From NCBI RefSeq assembly GCF_000737315.1, contig NZ_JMCB01000006.1:764001-1012000 (forward strand): DNA of 248,000 nt, read 5' to 3'. The position numbers and the translations under genes are program-made. The notes under the pieces were generated by a model that ran no database searches, was not told the origin of the DNA, and was given only the letters and a program-made list of their open reading frames with translations. The stretch is from Hyalangium minutum (lineage in GTDB: Bacteria; Myxococcota; Myxococcia; Myxococcales; Myxococcaceae). Each line of letters begins with the position of its first letter. Positions within the stretch are counted from its first letter, which is position 1. Shown piece after piece: positions 29,984-41,600 of this stretch.

Positions 29984-31783
29984 CTACCACCGAGTCTCCG
30001 GCAGCGGGGCGCTGAGGGCCTGCTGCTGCGAGCGCACCAGCCCCATCTTCACCCCCAGCCGGTACAGCGCCTGGGTCTGCTCCAGCACGGGAGCCCAGGG
30101 GGTGGCCACGGAGACGTGGGCGTTGCGCTCATCCTCGCTGTTGTCCCCCGCGCCACCGCCGAGCAGCTCGGAGAGGAGCTCCGCGGCCTCCTTCTTGCGC
30201 GGGTACACCTGGACGCGCACCTCGGCGTCCTTGGAAATCTTCGCCGCGTCCTTGGCCAGCTCCAGCGCCTTGGGCAGGCCGCCCAGCTCGTCCACCAGCT
30301 TGTTCGCCTTGGCGTCCTCGCCCGTCCACACCCGGCCTCGGGCCAGGGACTGGAGCTGCTCCAGCGGCAGGTGGCGCCCCTCGGCCGCCTTCTGCGTGAA
30401 GTCCATGTAGATGCGGTCCAGCATGGCGTCGTTCTTCGACAGCTGCTCCGGGGTGAAGTCGCTGTCGGTGCTGTAGAGGGTGGCGTCCTTGCCGAAGGCG
30501 ATGGTCTCCCAGTTCACCCCCACCTTGGACCAGAAGTCCGCCGTCACCATCTTCCCGCCGAACACGCCGATGCTCCCCGTAAGGGTGCCCGGCTGGGCCA
30601 CAATCTTGTCCGCCTCCATGGACACGAAGTAGCCGCCGCTGGCCGCGTAGGTGGCCATGGAGACGATGACGGGCTTGCCCTTCTCGCGGGCGCGCTGCAC
30701 CTCGCGGCGCACGGTGTCGCTGGCCACGTAGCTGCCGCCCGGGCTGTCCACGCGGAAGACGATGGCCTTCACCCGCTCGTCCTCCGTCGCCTTGCGCAGC
30801 GCCAGCGCCACGCTGTCTCCGCCGAACGTCTGGTCCCCGCTCAGCGGGTTGGAGCTGCTCTTGCCGCGGGAGATGCCGCCCACGCCGTACACCAGCGCAA
30901 TCGTCGAATCCCCCGTGGTGTGCGGCCGGCCCGCGCGCTCCACGTACTTGTCCACGAAGAGCAGCTTGGCGCCCTCGCCCGCCTCCTTCTTCACCTTCTC
31001 CAGCACCTGGTCGCGGTAGAGCAGCCCGTCCACCAGCTTGGCCTCCAGCGCCGCCTGGCCCAGCAGCGGAGCGCGGTCGATGAGCCCCTTCACCTCGTCC
31101 TCGCTGAGCTTCCGGTCCTCGGAGATGCCCCGGACAATCTGGCCGTACATGCTGCCCAGCAGCTTCTCCATGGCCTCCTTGTGGGGAGCGGTGAAGTTCT
31201 GCTCGGTATAGGTGTTGACGGCGTTCTTGTACTCGTAGCGCTGGCCGATGTGCGGCTGCACGCCCACCTTGGCGAACATGTCGCGCGCGAACGGCGTCTC
31301 CATCGCCAGGCCCGTGAGGTTCACGTCGCCTGAGGGCTGGATGTAAACTTCATCGAACGCGGCGGCCAGGTAGTAGGCGCCGGTGCCGTTGCCGCCCTCG
31401 CCAAAGCTGTCCGTGAAGGCGATGGCCTTCTTGCCGCTGGCTCGGAAGGCCTTCACCGCGTCGCGCAGCTCCTGCGCCGAGGCCAGACCGCCCACCTGCT
31501 CCACGCGCACCAGGAGCGCCTTCACCCGGTCGTCCTTGGCGCCCTTCTCCAGCGCGTCCAGCACGTCGCGCATGGTGGTCTCCGGGTTGCCGAACGCACC
31601 CGCCAGCGAGTCCTCCGGCGCCTGCTCGGCCAGGGGATGGGACAAGTCCAGCTCGAGCACCAGGTTGCTCGGCACGCTGGGCTTGCTCGATGCGGCGATG
31701 ACAATCAGGAAGATGAAGCCGAAGAAGCCCAGAATCGACAGGGCACCAATGGTGGCCAGGGCGCCGACGATGAAGCGTTTCAT
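29984..31783 (-). CDS. sppA: signal peptide peptidase SppA (long form)
   Basis: RVDSPGG, AASGGY, TGSIGV. Confidence 0.93.
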   Translation of the reverse strand: MKRFIVGALATIGALSILGFFGFIFLIVIAASSKPSVPSNLVLELDLSHPLAEQAPEDSLAGAFGNPETTMRDVLDALEKGAKDDRVKALLVRVEQVGGLASAQELRDAVKAFRASGKKAIAFTDSFGEGGNGTGAYYLAAAFDEVYIQPSGDVNLTGLAMETPFARDMFAKVGVQPHIGQRYEYKNAVNTYTEQNFTAPHKEAMEKLLGSMYGQIVRGISEDRKLSEDEVKGLIDRAPLLGQAALEAKLVDGLLYRDQVLEKVKKEAGEGAKLLFVDKYVERAGRPHTTGDSTIALVYGVGGISRGKSSSNPLSGDQTFGGDSVALALRKATEDERVKAIVFRVDSPGGSYVASDTVRREVQRAREKGKPVIVSMATYAASGGYFVSMEADKIVAQPGTLTGSIGVFGGKMVTADFWSKVGVNWETIAFGKDATLYSTDSDFTPEQLSKNDAMLDRIYMDFTQKAAEGRHLPLEQLQSLARGRVWTGEDAKANKLVDELGGLPKALELAKDAAKISKDAEVRVQVYPRKKEAAELLSELLGGGAGDNSEDERNAHVSVATPWAPVLEQTQALYRLGVKMGLVRSQQQALSAPLPETRW

Positions 31784-31993
31784 GGGGAGACAGACTCCTC
31801 GGGCCGATAAATGGGCGGCCCCAAACGGTCCTTACTACTAACGAGGCCCCGGGACGATCTTCCATCCGTTGGGTGTCCAACGCCTCACGCGGGTCCACTC
31901 GGGCATGCGAGCGAACGGCGGTTTCTCGGGATGACGGGTAAGGTTCGCAGGGTTGGTAGCGCCGTGCACCCCCATCTGACTCGCGAGGCCGGC

Positions 31994-34825
31994 ATGCGAC
32001 GTGCCCCCCTGTCCCTCTTCACCGCCCTGCTGCTCGCGGTGTCCCCCACCCTGGCCCTGGCTCAGGCCCCGGGCGCCACCGTCCAGAAGGCTCAAGCCTC
32101 GAAGGCCGCTTCCCCGGCCCAGGCGAAGCCGGGCCCGCTTGCCCCCGTGGCGAGCGTCGAGGGCATCAACGAGTACCGCCTGCCCAACGGGCTGCGCGTC
32201 GTGCTCTTCCCAGACCCCACGAAGCCCACCGTCACGGTGAACGTGACGTACTTCGTCGGCAGCAAGCACGAGGGCTACGGCGAGGCCGGCATGGCCCACC
32301 TGCTCGAGCACCTGCTGTTCAAGGGCACTCCCACCACGGGGAACATTCCGCAGGCGCTCACCGAGCGCGGTGCGCGCCCCAACGGCACCACGTGGCTGGA
32401 CCGGACCAACTACTTCGAGACGCTGCCGGCCTCGGACGCGAACCTTTCGTGGGCGTTGACCTTCGAAGCGGACCGCATGGTCAACAGCTTCATCGCCAAG
32501 AAGGACCTGGACAGCGAGATGACGGTGGTGCGCAACGAGCTGGAGCGCGGGGAGAATGATCCGCACTCGGTGCTGCTGCGCCGGGTGATGAGCTCCGCGT
32601 ACCTGTTCCACAACTATGGCAAGCCCACCATCGGCACGCGCGCGGACGTGGAGAACGTGCCGATTGACCGGCTCCAGGCGTTCTACCGGAAGTACTACCG
32701 GCCGGATAACGCGATGCTCGTGGTGGCCGGCCGCTTCGAGGAGGCCAAGGCGCTGCAGCTCATCCAGAACACGTTCGGCAAGCTGAAGCTGCCCGCGCAG
32801 CCCGTGCCCCGCACCTACACCGAGGAGCCCACCCAGGACGGCGAGCGCGAGGTGACGCTGCGCCGCGTGGGCGAGACGGGAGCGCTCATCTCCACCTACC
32901 ACGTGCCCGAGGGCGCCCACCCGGACTTCGCCGCCATCGACGTGCTCACCGAGGTGCTCGGCGACACGCCGTCGGGGCGGCTCTACAAGGCGCTGGTGGA
33001 GCCGAAGAAGGCCGCGCGCGCGTTCGCGTACAACCTGCAGCTGCAGGATCCGGGTGTGCTCGTCTTCCGGGCGCAGCTGCGTGAAGGCCAGTCCATGGAG
33101 GCCGCGCGGGAGGTGCTGGTGAAGACGGTGGAGGAGGCCGCTCGGACGCCGTTCACCGCCGAGGAGGTGAACCGCGCGAAGACGAGCCTGCTCAAGCAGG
33201 TGGAGCTGATCCTCAACGACTCGGAGCGCTCGGCCATCCTGCTCTCGGAGTGGGCCGCCATCGGTGACTGGCGCCTGTTCTTCCTGCACCGGGACCGCAT
33301 CGAGGCCGTGAAGCCCGAGGATGTGACGCGCGTGGCGGCCACGTACCTGAAGACGTCGAACCGGACGCTGGGCGAGTTCATCCCGACGCCGAAGCCGGAC
33401 CGCGCGGAGATGCCGCCGCGGGTGGACATGGCCGCGATGCTGAAGGGCTACCAGGGCCGCGCCGCCGTGGCGCAAGGCGAGGCGTTCGACCCGTCGCCTG
33501 CGAACATCGAGGCGCGCGTGCAGCGCTCGCAGTTGCCCGGTGGGCTGAAGCTGGCGCTGCTGCCCAAGAAGACGCGCGGAGAGATGGTGAGCGTGGCGCT
33601 CAACCTGCGCTGGGGCACCGAGAAGGCGGTGATGGGCAAGGAGTACTCAGCGAACATGGCGGGCTCGCTGCTCTTGCGCGGGACGAAGACGAAGACCCGC
33701 CAGCAGCTCCAGGACGCGTTCGACCGGCTCAAGGCGCGGGTGAGCGTGGACGGTGGGCCCATGGGTGCGTCCGTCTCGGTGGAGACGAAGCGCGAGAACC
33801 TGCCCGAGGTGCTGCGGCTGGTGGCCGAGGTGCTGCGAGAGCCCGCCTTCGACGCGCAGGAGTTCGCGCTGCTGCAGCAGGAGCGGCTCGCGGGGATGGA
33901 GAAGTCCCGCTCGGAGCCGGACACGCAGGGCACCTATGCGTACCGCCGGCTGCTGGGCAGCCAGTACCCCAAGGGCCACCCGTACTACGCGCCCACGGTG
34001 GAGGAGGACCTCGCCGGAGTGAAGGGCGTGACGCTGGAGCAGGTGCGCGCGTTCTACCGTGACTTCTATGGGGCCTCGAATGGCGAGCTGGGCGCGGTGG
34101 GTGACTTCGAGCCGAAGGAGCTCTCGGCGCTGGTGGGCGAGCTGTTCAACGGGTGGAAGAGCCCGTCGCCCTACGTGCGAATTCCGCAGACTTTCAACGA
34201 CGTGGGCGCGAAGGCCCAGGCCCTGGAGACGCCGGACAAGGCCAACGCCTTCTTCATGGCCGGGCAGAACCTCCAGCTGAAGGACGATGATCAGGACTGG
34301 CCGGCGCTGATGGTGGGCAACTTCATGTTCGGGGGAGGCTTCCTGAACTCGCGGCTGGCCACGCGCATCCGCCAGAAGGACGGCCTGTCCTATGGAGTGG
34401 GCAGCGGCCTCAACGCGGGGGCGGTGGATCCGGTGGGCTCGTTCTACGCCTACGCCATCTACGCGCCGCAGAACGCCGAGAAGCTGGAGGCCGCGCTGCG
34501 CGAGGAGCTGAGCCTGGCGCTGGAGAAGGGCTTCAAGCCCGAGGAGCTGGAGAAGGCGCGCGCGGGCCTGCTGGAGTACCGGCAGACGGGGCGTGCGCAG
34601 GACGGAGGGCTGGCGCGGACGCTGGCCAACTACCTGTTCCTCGGGAGGACGCTGGACTACGACGCCCAGCTCGAGCAGCGCATGGCGAAGCTGACGCCCG
34701 ACGACGTGCGCCAGGCGCTCGCGCGGCACGTGGATGCCAAGAAGCTCACCGTGGTGAAGGCGGGAGACTTCGAGGGGGCGAAGAAGAAGGAGAAGGCGCC
34801 GGTTCCCGCGAACGCCGCGCCCTGA
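31994..34825 (+). CDS. pitrilysin-like M16 zinc protease (fused)
   Basis: HLLEHLLFKG. Confidence 0.9.
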   Translation: MRRAPLSLFTALLLAVSPTLALAQAPGATVQKAQASKAASPAQAKPGPLAPVASVEGINEYRLPNGLRVVLFPDPTKPTVTVNVTYFVGSKHEGYGEAGMAHLLEHLLFKGTPTTGNIPQALTERGARPNGTTWLDRTNYFETLPASDANLSWALTFEADRMVNSFIAKKDLDSEMTVVRNELERGENDPHSVLLRRVMSSAYLFHNYGKPTIGTRADVENVPIDRLQAFYRKYYRPDNAMLVVAGRFEEAKALQLIQNTFGKLKLPAQPVPRTYTEEPTQDGEREVTLRRVGETGALISTYHVPEGAHPDFAAIDVLTEVLGDTPSGRLYKALVEPKKAARAFAYNLQLQDPGVLVFRAQLREGQSMEAAREVLVKTVEEAARTPFTAEEVNRAKTSLLKQVELILNDSERSAILLSEWAAIGDWRLFFLHRDRIEAVKPEDVTRVAATYLKTSNRTLGEFIPTPKPDRAEMPPRVDMAAMLKGYQGRAAVAQGEAFDPSPANIEARVQRSQLPGGLKLALLPKKTRGEMVSVALNLRWGTEKAVMGKEYSANMAGSLLLRGTKTKTRQQLQDAFDRLKARVSVDGGPMGASVSVETKRENLPEVLRLVAEVLREPAFDAQEFALLQQERLAGMEKSRSEPDTQGTYAYRRLLGSQYPKGHPYYAPTVEEDLAGVKGVTLEQVRAFYRDFYGASNGELGAVGDFEPKELSALVGELFNGWKSPSPYVRIPQTFNDVGAKAQALETPDKANAFFMAGQNLQLKDDDQDWPALMVGNFMFGGGFLNSRLATRIRQKDGLSYGVGSGLNAGAVDPVGSFYAYAIYAPQNAEKLEAALREELSLALEKGFKPEELEKARAGLLEYRQTGRAQDGGLARTLANYLFLGRTLDYDAQLEQRMAKLTPDDVRQALARHVDAKKLTVVKAGDFEGAKKKEKAPVPANAAP

Positions 34826-34835
34826 GTGCGCCGGA

Positions 34836-36602
34836 CTACTCTTCGAGGTTGAGCTTGACGATCTTGTTCTCGCCCGGCTTGAGCTCCACCTGTTGGATCT
34901 TGGTCTTCTTGAGCTCTTCGTTGACGAACTTCACGGTGTAGGTACCCGAGGGCAGCTCCACCGCGTCAAAGGGCGTCTGCCCGTAGTTCTTCCCGTTGAT
35001 GAAGATGGTGGCGAACGGGCGGACACGGAACGCCAGGGTCCCCTTGCCTCCGGACTTGGCCGTCTTCGAGCCCGTCCGAGTCTTGGGCGTTTGGGTCTTG
35101 GGCGTCGTGGGCTCGGACTCCGGCGTGGGCGTCTCGGGCGCCGTGGCCACCTCTGGCGGCTGTGTCTCCGGGGGTGGCGTGTTCTCGGGAGGCGTCTCGG
35201 GCGTGGGCGTCTGCGCGAGCTCCTCCGGCTTGGGCGTGGGAGGCGCCTCCTTCACCGGAGGAGTGTCCGCGACGATGGGCGGTGTCACCGGGGGCGGTGT
35301 CGGGCCCGAGCGTGACAGCCAGTAGCCACCGCCCCCCAGGAGCAGCACGGCCACGAGCGCGGCGGGGATCGCCATCCTCTTTCCAGGAGAGGCCTCCGGA
35401 GGCGGTGCCTTCTTGGAAGGGGCTGCGTCGGGCGTCTCCAGCTGCTGGGTGCGCTCGACGACGATGGGCTCGGGCTCTGAGAGAGGCTGAGCGGGCGCCT
35501 GCTGACCCTTCAGGAGCGTGGGATCCAGCGGCGCGGACTTCGTCGAGGACCTCAAGCCCGAACCACTGGAGCGGGGACCGGTGCCACCGCCGGTGGCCGG
35601 GACGGGCGTGTGAGCCGGAGTCGCGGAGGACCGAGGCCCGCTGCCGCCGCGCGGCGTGCCGTGAGGCGTGGGCATCGGCGAGTCGGAGCTGGGCGACACC
35701 TGGGCGATCAGCTGGACGATGTGCTGGGTCGTCACGGGCTTGCCCACGGAGAGGATGAACTCCTCCAGGTCCGCCGCGAGCGCGAGGCAGTCCGGGTAAC
35801 GCTGCTCGCGATCCTTGGCCAGCGCGCGATCGAGGATGCGCAGGAGGGGCTCGGAGAGATCCGGCCGGTGTTGCGCGGCAGGCACCATGGGCTCGAAGAG
35901 GATGGCCTGCATGGTGCTGGCATCCGTCTCGGACTCGAACGGCTTGCAGCCGGTGACGAGCTCGTAGAGCACCACGCCGAGCGCATACACATCCACGCGC
36001 CGGTCCAGGGCCTTGGCGCGGATCTGCTCGGGGGGCATGTACGCGAGCTTGCCTTTGATGACGCCGCTCTGCGTCTTGTGGCCTTGGCTGGCGGACTTGG
36101 CGATGCCGAAGTCCACCACCTTCACGGCGCCCTGGCGCGACACGAGGATGTTGTCCGGGCTGATGTCGCGGTGGATGAGGCCGATCGGCTCGCCCGTCTC
36201 GGGGTCGGCGAAGTCGTGGGCGAAGGCGAGCCCCTCGCAGGCCGAGGCGATGAGCCGGGCGCAGACGGCGGGAGGTAGCTCGAGACCGGCGGTCTGGGCG
36301 CGCTTGAGGAGCACACGGAGGTTGGGCCCGTCGATGTACTCCATGGCGAGGAAGTACTCGCCGTCGGCCTCACCGAAGTCGAAGATCTGAACGATGTGGG
36401 GGTGGTTGAGCTGGGCGGCGAGCTTGGCCTCGGAGAGGAACATCTCGACGAAGGCGGGGTCCTCGGCGAGGTGCGGGAGGATGCGCTTGACGACGAGCGT
36501 CTTCTCGAAGCCCATGGGGCCTGCGGCCTTGGCGAGGAAGACTTCGGCCATGCCGCCAGTGGCGAGCTTGCGGATCAACTGGTACTTGCCGAGCTGCTGC
36601 AT
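34836..36602 (-). CDS. Ser/Thr protein kinase with C-terminal PEGA-like domain
   Basis: [16 protein letters not shown]; TM helix. Confidence 0.93.
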   Translation of the reverse strand: MQQLGKYQLIRKLATGGMAEVFLAKAAGPMGFEKTLVVKRILPHLAEDPAFVEMFLSEAKLAAQLNHPHIVQIFDFGEADGEYFLAMEYIDGPNLRVLLKRAQTAGLELPPAVCARLIASACEGLAFAHDFADPETGEPIGLIHRDISPDNILVSRQGAVKVVDFGIAKSASQGHKTQSGVIKGKLAYMPPEQIRAKALDRRVDVYALGVVLYELVTGCKPFESETDASTMQAILFEPMVPAAQHRPDLSEPLLRILDRALAKDREQRYPDCLALAADLEEFILSVGKPVTTQHIVQLIAQVSPSSDSPMPTPHGTPRGGSGPRSSATPAHTPVPATGGGTGPRSSGSGLRSSTKSAPLDPTLLKGQQAPAQPLSEPEPIVVERTQQLETPDAAPSKKAPPPEASPGKRMAIPAALVAVLLLGGGGYWLSRSGPTPPPVTPPIVADTPPVKEAPPTPKPEELAQTPTPETPPENTPPPETQPPEVATAPETPTPESEPTTPKTQTPKTRTGSKTAKSGGKGTLAFRVRPFATIFINGKNYGQTPFDAVELPSGTYTVKFVNEELKKTKIQQVELKPGENKIVKLNLEE

Positions 36603-37322
36603 GAGGAGACGCTCGCACAGAGTCGGTCCGAGGGGAATTCCATACCCCTTTGGGAGAGGGTGGGGGGCGAGGGGGTGGCTTCTAGCATCCCACCCTCATG
36701 GGCTACCCTCTTCTTCACGCGTCCCGAGGCCTCGCGGTGTGCTTGCTCGCGGTGGGCCTCATTCCTGGCGTTGTTTGGGCACAAGACGACTTCCACCGGT
36801 ACTTCTCCGAGGCGGTGAAGCTCTACAACCGGGGAGAGAACGAGCAGGCGCTCGAGCAGTTCCAGCAGGCGAAGGCGCGCACCTACGTGGTCCAGCAGGA
36901 CGTGGTGGTGGCGCTGTACGAGGGGCTGATCCTCTTGGAGTTGGGGCCGAAGGAGAAGGCGCTCGCGGCGCTGGAGACGGGGCTGCTGCTGGATCCGGAC
37001 GCGGAGCTTCCGGTCATGGTCTCGCCGAAGGTGAAGGAGGAGTTCGAGGCGCTGCGCGAGAAGGTTCGGAAGAAACTGGCGCGGAGGGAGTCAGCAAAAG
37101 CGGAGGATATGCCGACGAGGGCAAAGCTTGATCCGACGGAGGCGTCAAAGCAGAAGCTCTTCGAGCCACGGTCGGGATTGGCTCAGCAGTCACGGATGCG
37201 TGTGCCTGCAGTACCGCTGGCCCTAGCGGGCGTGGGAGTAGTGGCGGCGGGAGTGGGTGCGGTGCTCGGGAACCTGTCAAACACCAATGCCCACAAGGCC
37301 AATGATGCGTACAAGAACGGGC

Positions 37323-38878
37323 GTAACCGTTCACGGGTTTGGAAGCTGGTAGAGGGGGAAGCAGGCAGGGCACGAGCCGACATGAGAGGTAGGGCGTGGA
37401 GTGTTCTACCTACAGGGTGAGCACGTCCGAGTCCATACCGGCCCAAGTGGTCCAACTGCAGGTGCTGCTGGGAGCAGCGCTGGAGAGGATACGGCAGTTG
37501 GAGCAAGAGAACGCCCAGCTGCGAGAACGGCTGGGGCAGAACTCGACCAATTCCTCAAGAGCTCCGTCAAGCGATCCTCCCGGGACAGCCCGGGCCCAGA
37601 AGAAGAAGAAGCGTCGAGGGCGGCGTCCCGGAGGGCAGCCGGGTCATCCCAAGCACGAGCGAGCCTGGGTGCCGCTGCAGAGCGTGGATGAGGTGGTGGA
37701 GCTGGTACCCGAGCAATGTCAGCAGTGTCAGCGCAAGCTGAAGGGCCAGGACTCCGAGCCCCAGAGGCATCAGGTGGTGGAAGTGGAGCCTTTGAAGGCG
37801 CGGGTGACGGAGTACCGCAGCCACCAGGTGAGGTGTCAGCAGTGCGGCCTCCTGACGCGAGCGGACGTGCCGGCTGAGGCGCGCAGTGCATTTGGGGAGC
37901 GTTTGGGTGCGAGCATGAGCCTGCTGGTGGGCAAGTACCGGCTGAGCAAGAGGCTGGTGTGCGAAGTGCTGTCGGACCTGGGAGGCGTGCAGGTGTCGGT
38001 GGGCAGCGTGTCCAACCTGGAGCAGCACATGAGCGCGGCGCTGCAAGCGCCCGTGGAGTAGGCGCGCCAGTACGTGCGGAACGCGGAGGTGGTCCACGCT
38101 GACGAGACGGGGTGGACCCAGGGCGTGAAGCAGGGGCGAGCAGCACGCGCTTGGTTGTGGACGGTGGCCAGCGCCCTGGTGGTGGTGTTTCAAGTCGCCC
38201 TGAGCCGTGGGCGCCAGGTCATCCAGGGGCTGCTGGGCAAGGACTTTGTCGGCTGGCTCATCACCGATAGGTGGAGCGGCTACGACTGGTACGACCCGGG
38301 GCTGCGCCAGGTGTGCTGGTCGCACCTGACGCGTGACTTCCAAGGGTTCATTGACAGAGCAGGCCCAGGCGGGCGTATCGGCCGCGATCTGATGGCCCAG
38401 CGCAACCGAATGTTCAAGTGGTGGCACCGCGTGCGCGACGGCACGTTGGAGCGCCAGGAATTTCAGAAGCGGATGCGCAAGGTCGAGCGGCGCGTGGGAG
38501 CGCTGCTGCGGCAGGCGCTCGGGTGCGGGCAGAAGAAGACGGCAGGGGTGGCCCGGCGAATCCTTCGGCTGGAGAAGTGCCTGTGGGTGTTCGTGGACGT
38601 GCCGGGCGTGGAGCCGACCAACAACGCCGGCGAGCGCGCCCTGCGCCAAGGCGTCATCTATCGCAAGCTCTCGTTTGGCACCCGAAGCGAGCGCGGCAGC
38701 CGCTTTGTCGAGCGCATCCTCACGGTCGTCACGACGCTCAAGCAACAGAGGCGAAATCCGTTGGAGTTCCTGACACAGGCGCTGTGGGCTTATCGTCGGG
38801 GCTTGCCTGCACCGTCGCTTCTGCCCACTGCCGCTGGGGCTCAGGTGGCTGTCGCTTCCTGAGCCGGTGAACGGTTAC
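37323..38878 (+). mobile_element. IS66-family insertion sequence (single ORF)
   Basis: GTAACCGTTCA terminal inverted repeats; 8-bp target duplication GAACGGGC at 37315-37322 and 38879-38886. Confidence 0.92.
37417..38862 (+). pseudogene. IS66 transposase with in-frame amber stop
   Basis: NSTNSSRAPSSD, HADETGW, PTNNAGERALR; TAG at 38059-38061 between two in-frame ORFs. Confidence 0.85.
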
Positions 38879-39055
38879 GAACGGGCTTCCACCTCAAACA
38901 GACCTGCCTCGCATAGTGCAGGTCTTGGATGACGCTCATCGAGAGGCGCGCACTGCCAACATCATGTTGGGCACGGCAGCGCTCGCTGTAGGTGGAGCCG
39001 TCGTGACGTGGTTGCTCATGGGTGATGACAGCGACTCTGCATCACAGGAGGAACG

Positions 39056-41248
39056 GTGATGCGCTCCACTGGATGGGCGTGGGCCCTTTGGCTGGTGACG
39101 AGTTGCACGGTGCCGGAGAATGGAGTGAAGAGGTGTGTCGTCGACACGGACTGTGGAGAAGGCGGGCGCTGCGACCTGAGCCTCAGTCTTTGCTACCAAG
39201 GTGGCACGGAACCCGAGAGCGGCGTGTGCGATCCGGCCTGCGCTGCCTATGAAGCTTGCACAACTGCGGGATGCCAGCCGCGGTTCGCGTCGCTGAAGTT
39301 CCTGAGCCCGGCCAACAACGCAGTGGTGAGCGCCGGGACAGTGCAGGTGCAGGTCCAACTCGTGGCCAATCCCACTTACGCTGAGACGACCCAGTATCCG
39401 GAAACGCTGGACTTCAGAGCCTCACGAAATGACGGTGGCAGCGACGTAGGTGCTTTTGGGGCTGTGACCCGGGACGGAGATACGTACACGGTCACCTGGA
39501 CGCGGCCGTCCGCTCAGGCCCAGCTCATCTTGACTGCCGCTCATCCAACGCCCGCCGCCGACCTGAGTGCTTCCGTGACGGTGCAGGTGGATGCGGTTGC
39601 ACCCACCTTCACCATCAACTTTCCCGATCCAACGCGCATCCCCGGAGGTCCCAACCAGGCCGAGCCGAGGGACAGCGACACTGACTACCCGAAGGCCTAT
39701 CGCCGGGATGAGTCCGTCACTGTGGCGATCTCCGCCAACGAGCCCGTGAGCGACGTGGTGCTGACGGTATCCGGCATCGCCTCAGGAGGAGGCGTCGGTC
39801 AGGCTCTGGCTCCCAAGCCTGTACAGGCTGGTGGGACGTGCGACGGCAGTCCGGTGTTCTGTGGGACCGCGACTGTGGACCTGTATGAGCCCGAGATGAG
39901 GGAGTTCCGGGGCACCATGCAGTTCCAGGTCGAAGGAGTCGATGCCGCAGGCAATCGAGGCTCGGCGACAGTGGGTCTCAAGGTGACGCGCTGGAAGTGG
40001 GCGTTTGATGGCGGTGGAACTATCAAGGCCAGTCCCGCCCTGGGAGAGAAGGGCGTCGTCTATTTCGGAACCGCTGCCACTGCGGGCAAGGTCTTCGCGA
40101 TCGAGCCAAGCGGCAAGAGGAAGTGGGAGGTGGATGTCGAGGCCGTGGAGGGGAGTCCCGCTGTGGGTGCCTTCGCCAATGGGACGGAACTGGTGTACGT
40201 GGCGAGCAACTTCGCAGGTGGTGCATCAGGTACTCGGCTCCGCGCGATCAACGGAGATCTTGGTAGTGTGATCAACACCCCCTGCACGTTCTCCGTAGTA
40301 ACCGGCACTCCCCCTTCCTCGATCAGCGCAGCCGCCGTGACGGCAACGACCCTCAGCAGCACTCCTGTGGAGACAGGGCTGTTTGTGGTCTCAGGTAACC
40401 ATGGCAGCGCTGTTGGCTTGCGCCCCACGAGTGCGGGGGCAAACTCCGTGGGATGCGTGAACTCGGATAGCTCACAGGGGATGTCCAACTCGACCGCAGG
40501 CGGCGGGCTGGTGGCAACCAGCACAGGCCAGTTTGCTTACCCGACCGACACTCGACGCATGGTGAAGTATGCCTTCGGCAACTCAACTCCGCTGTGGACC
40601 GCCACGCCAGGAGGCAGTTCGGGACAGCGGGTTTTCGGCATGGCGCTGTTGGTGAATACCCTGGTGGGTAGTGGTGGCAACGACTTCGATCAGGGAGGGG
40701 TGTTCCAGATCGCGTTCGATTCCACCGGAACTCCACCTGCCAATGCGCTGCCCGACACGGACAATGGTCGTGTCAACCAGCTTGTCGCGACGGCCGACAA
40801 CAAGGCCTATTTCGGCCGTGAGTATGCGGGCCCTAGCAACCTGTTGGCCCGTTACGATTTGTCTATCCCAGCGGTGGCCCAGGCGAGCCCTGCGCCCGGT
40901 GTTCTCTCTGCGGCGCCAGTCATTGGCTCGGATGGGCGGTTGTACACCGTTAACAGGTCGGGAGAACTGGCTGTGTGGGCCACTTCAGACCTCTCCAACC
41001 AGTGGAGGCTGTCGAACCTTGGGGTGAACATCGAAGCCTCGCCGACGCTAGACTGTGCGCGCGGCTTAAACGGCACTCCCGTGGGAGCCAATCGCCCAGG
41101 TGTCCTCTACGTCGCAGCGGGTAATAAGCTTCACGCTTTCGTCGTGGACAGCCCGCGGCTGCTCAAGGACCCCAACAGCTGGCCCAAGTTCCAGCACGAC
41201 GTGCGGAACACCGGCAACCCGGCTACTCCCATCACCAACTGCCCGTAG
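39056..41248 (+). CDS. lipoprotein with PQQ-like beta-propeller
   Basis: Lipobox VTSC; Cys-rich N-terminus; WPKFQHD..NTG end. Confidence 0.75.
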   Translation: MMRSTGWAWALWLVTSCTVPENGVKRCVVDTDCGEGGRCDLSLSLCYQGGTEPESGVCDPACAAYEACTTAGCQPRFASLKFLSPANNAVVSAGTVQVQVQLVANPTYAETTQYPETLDFRASRNDGGSDVGAFGAVTRDGDTYTVTWTRPSAQAQLILTAAHPTPAADLSASVTVQVDAVAPTFTINFPDPTRIPGGPNQAEPRDSDTDYPKAYRRDESVTVAISANEPVSDVVLTVSGIASGGGVGQALAPKPVQAGGTCDGSPVFCGTATVDLYEPEMREFRGTMQFQVEGVDAAGNRGSATVGLKVTRWKWAFDGGGTIKASPALGEKGVVYFGTAATAGKVFAIEPSGKRKWEVDVEAVEGSPAVGAFANGTELVYVASNFAGGASGTRLRAINGDLGSVINTPCTFSVVTGTPPSSISAAAVTATTLSSTPVETGLFVVSGNHGSAVGLRPTSAGANSVGCVNSDSSQGMSNSTAGGGLVATSTGQFAYPTDTRRMVKYAFGNSTPLWTATPGGSSGQRVFGMALLVNTLVGSGGNDFDQGGVFQIAFDSTGTPPANALPDTDNGRVNQLVATADNKAYFGREYAGPSNLLARYDLSIPAVAQASPAPGVLSAAPVIGSDGRLYTVNRSGELAVWATSDLSNQWRLSNLGVNIEASPTLDCARGLNGTPVGANRPGVLYVAAGNKLHAFVVDSPRLLKDPNSWPKFQHDVRNTGNPATPITNCP

Positions 41249-41257
41249 AATGCCTGG

Positions 41258-41575
41258 GTGATGCGGATCTCGATCTGGCGGTGGTGCCTGTTGGTAGTGA
41301 GTGCAGTGGCGCTCGTGGCTTGCTCCTCGAGCCGGAGCGAGGCGACGAAGCCCAGTCCTCAGGAGGGCACGGAGCAGTCCACGCCTCAGGTGCCGCCTCC
41401 GCCTGTGGTACCGCCCCCAGAGCCAGTTCCGGCTCCGCCTCCCATCCCGCGCACGCCTCCCGCGTCCCCGCGCTGTGGCCCCGACGAGATGGACTGCTGC
41501 GGCGCCTGCATCCCCAGGTCCGAGAAGCGGTGCCCCGAGAACATCCACTGCCCTACGGCAGCTCCCGAGAAGTAA
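41258..41575 (+). CDS. small Pro/Cys-rich lipoprotein
   Basis: Lipobox LVAC. Confidence 0.6.
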   Translation: MMRISIWRWCLLVVSAVALVACSSSRSEATKPSPQEGTEQSTPQVPPPPVVPPPEPVPAPPPIPRTPPASPRCGPDEMDCCGACIPRSEKRCPENIHCPTAAPEK

Positions 41576-41600
41576 GCAACAACCGCGCTAAATCGAGTCC

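Larger units (their letters stand above)
36698..39058 (+). pseudogene. TPR membrane protein interrupted by IS66
   Basis: Removing 37323-38886 restores ..YKNG-LPPQTD..LLMGDDSDSASQEER-stop in frame. Confidence 0.8.

Noticed and set aside
38059-38061. In-frame TAG as programmed pyrrolysine recoding or readthrough
   Set aside because: No pyl genes in the window; a single G-to-T change from GAG is the simpler explanation.
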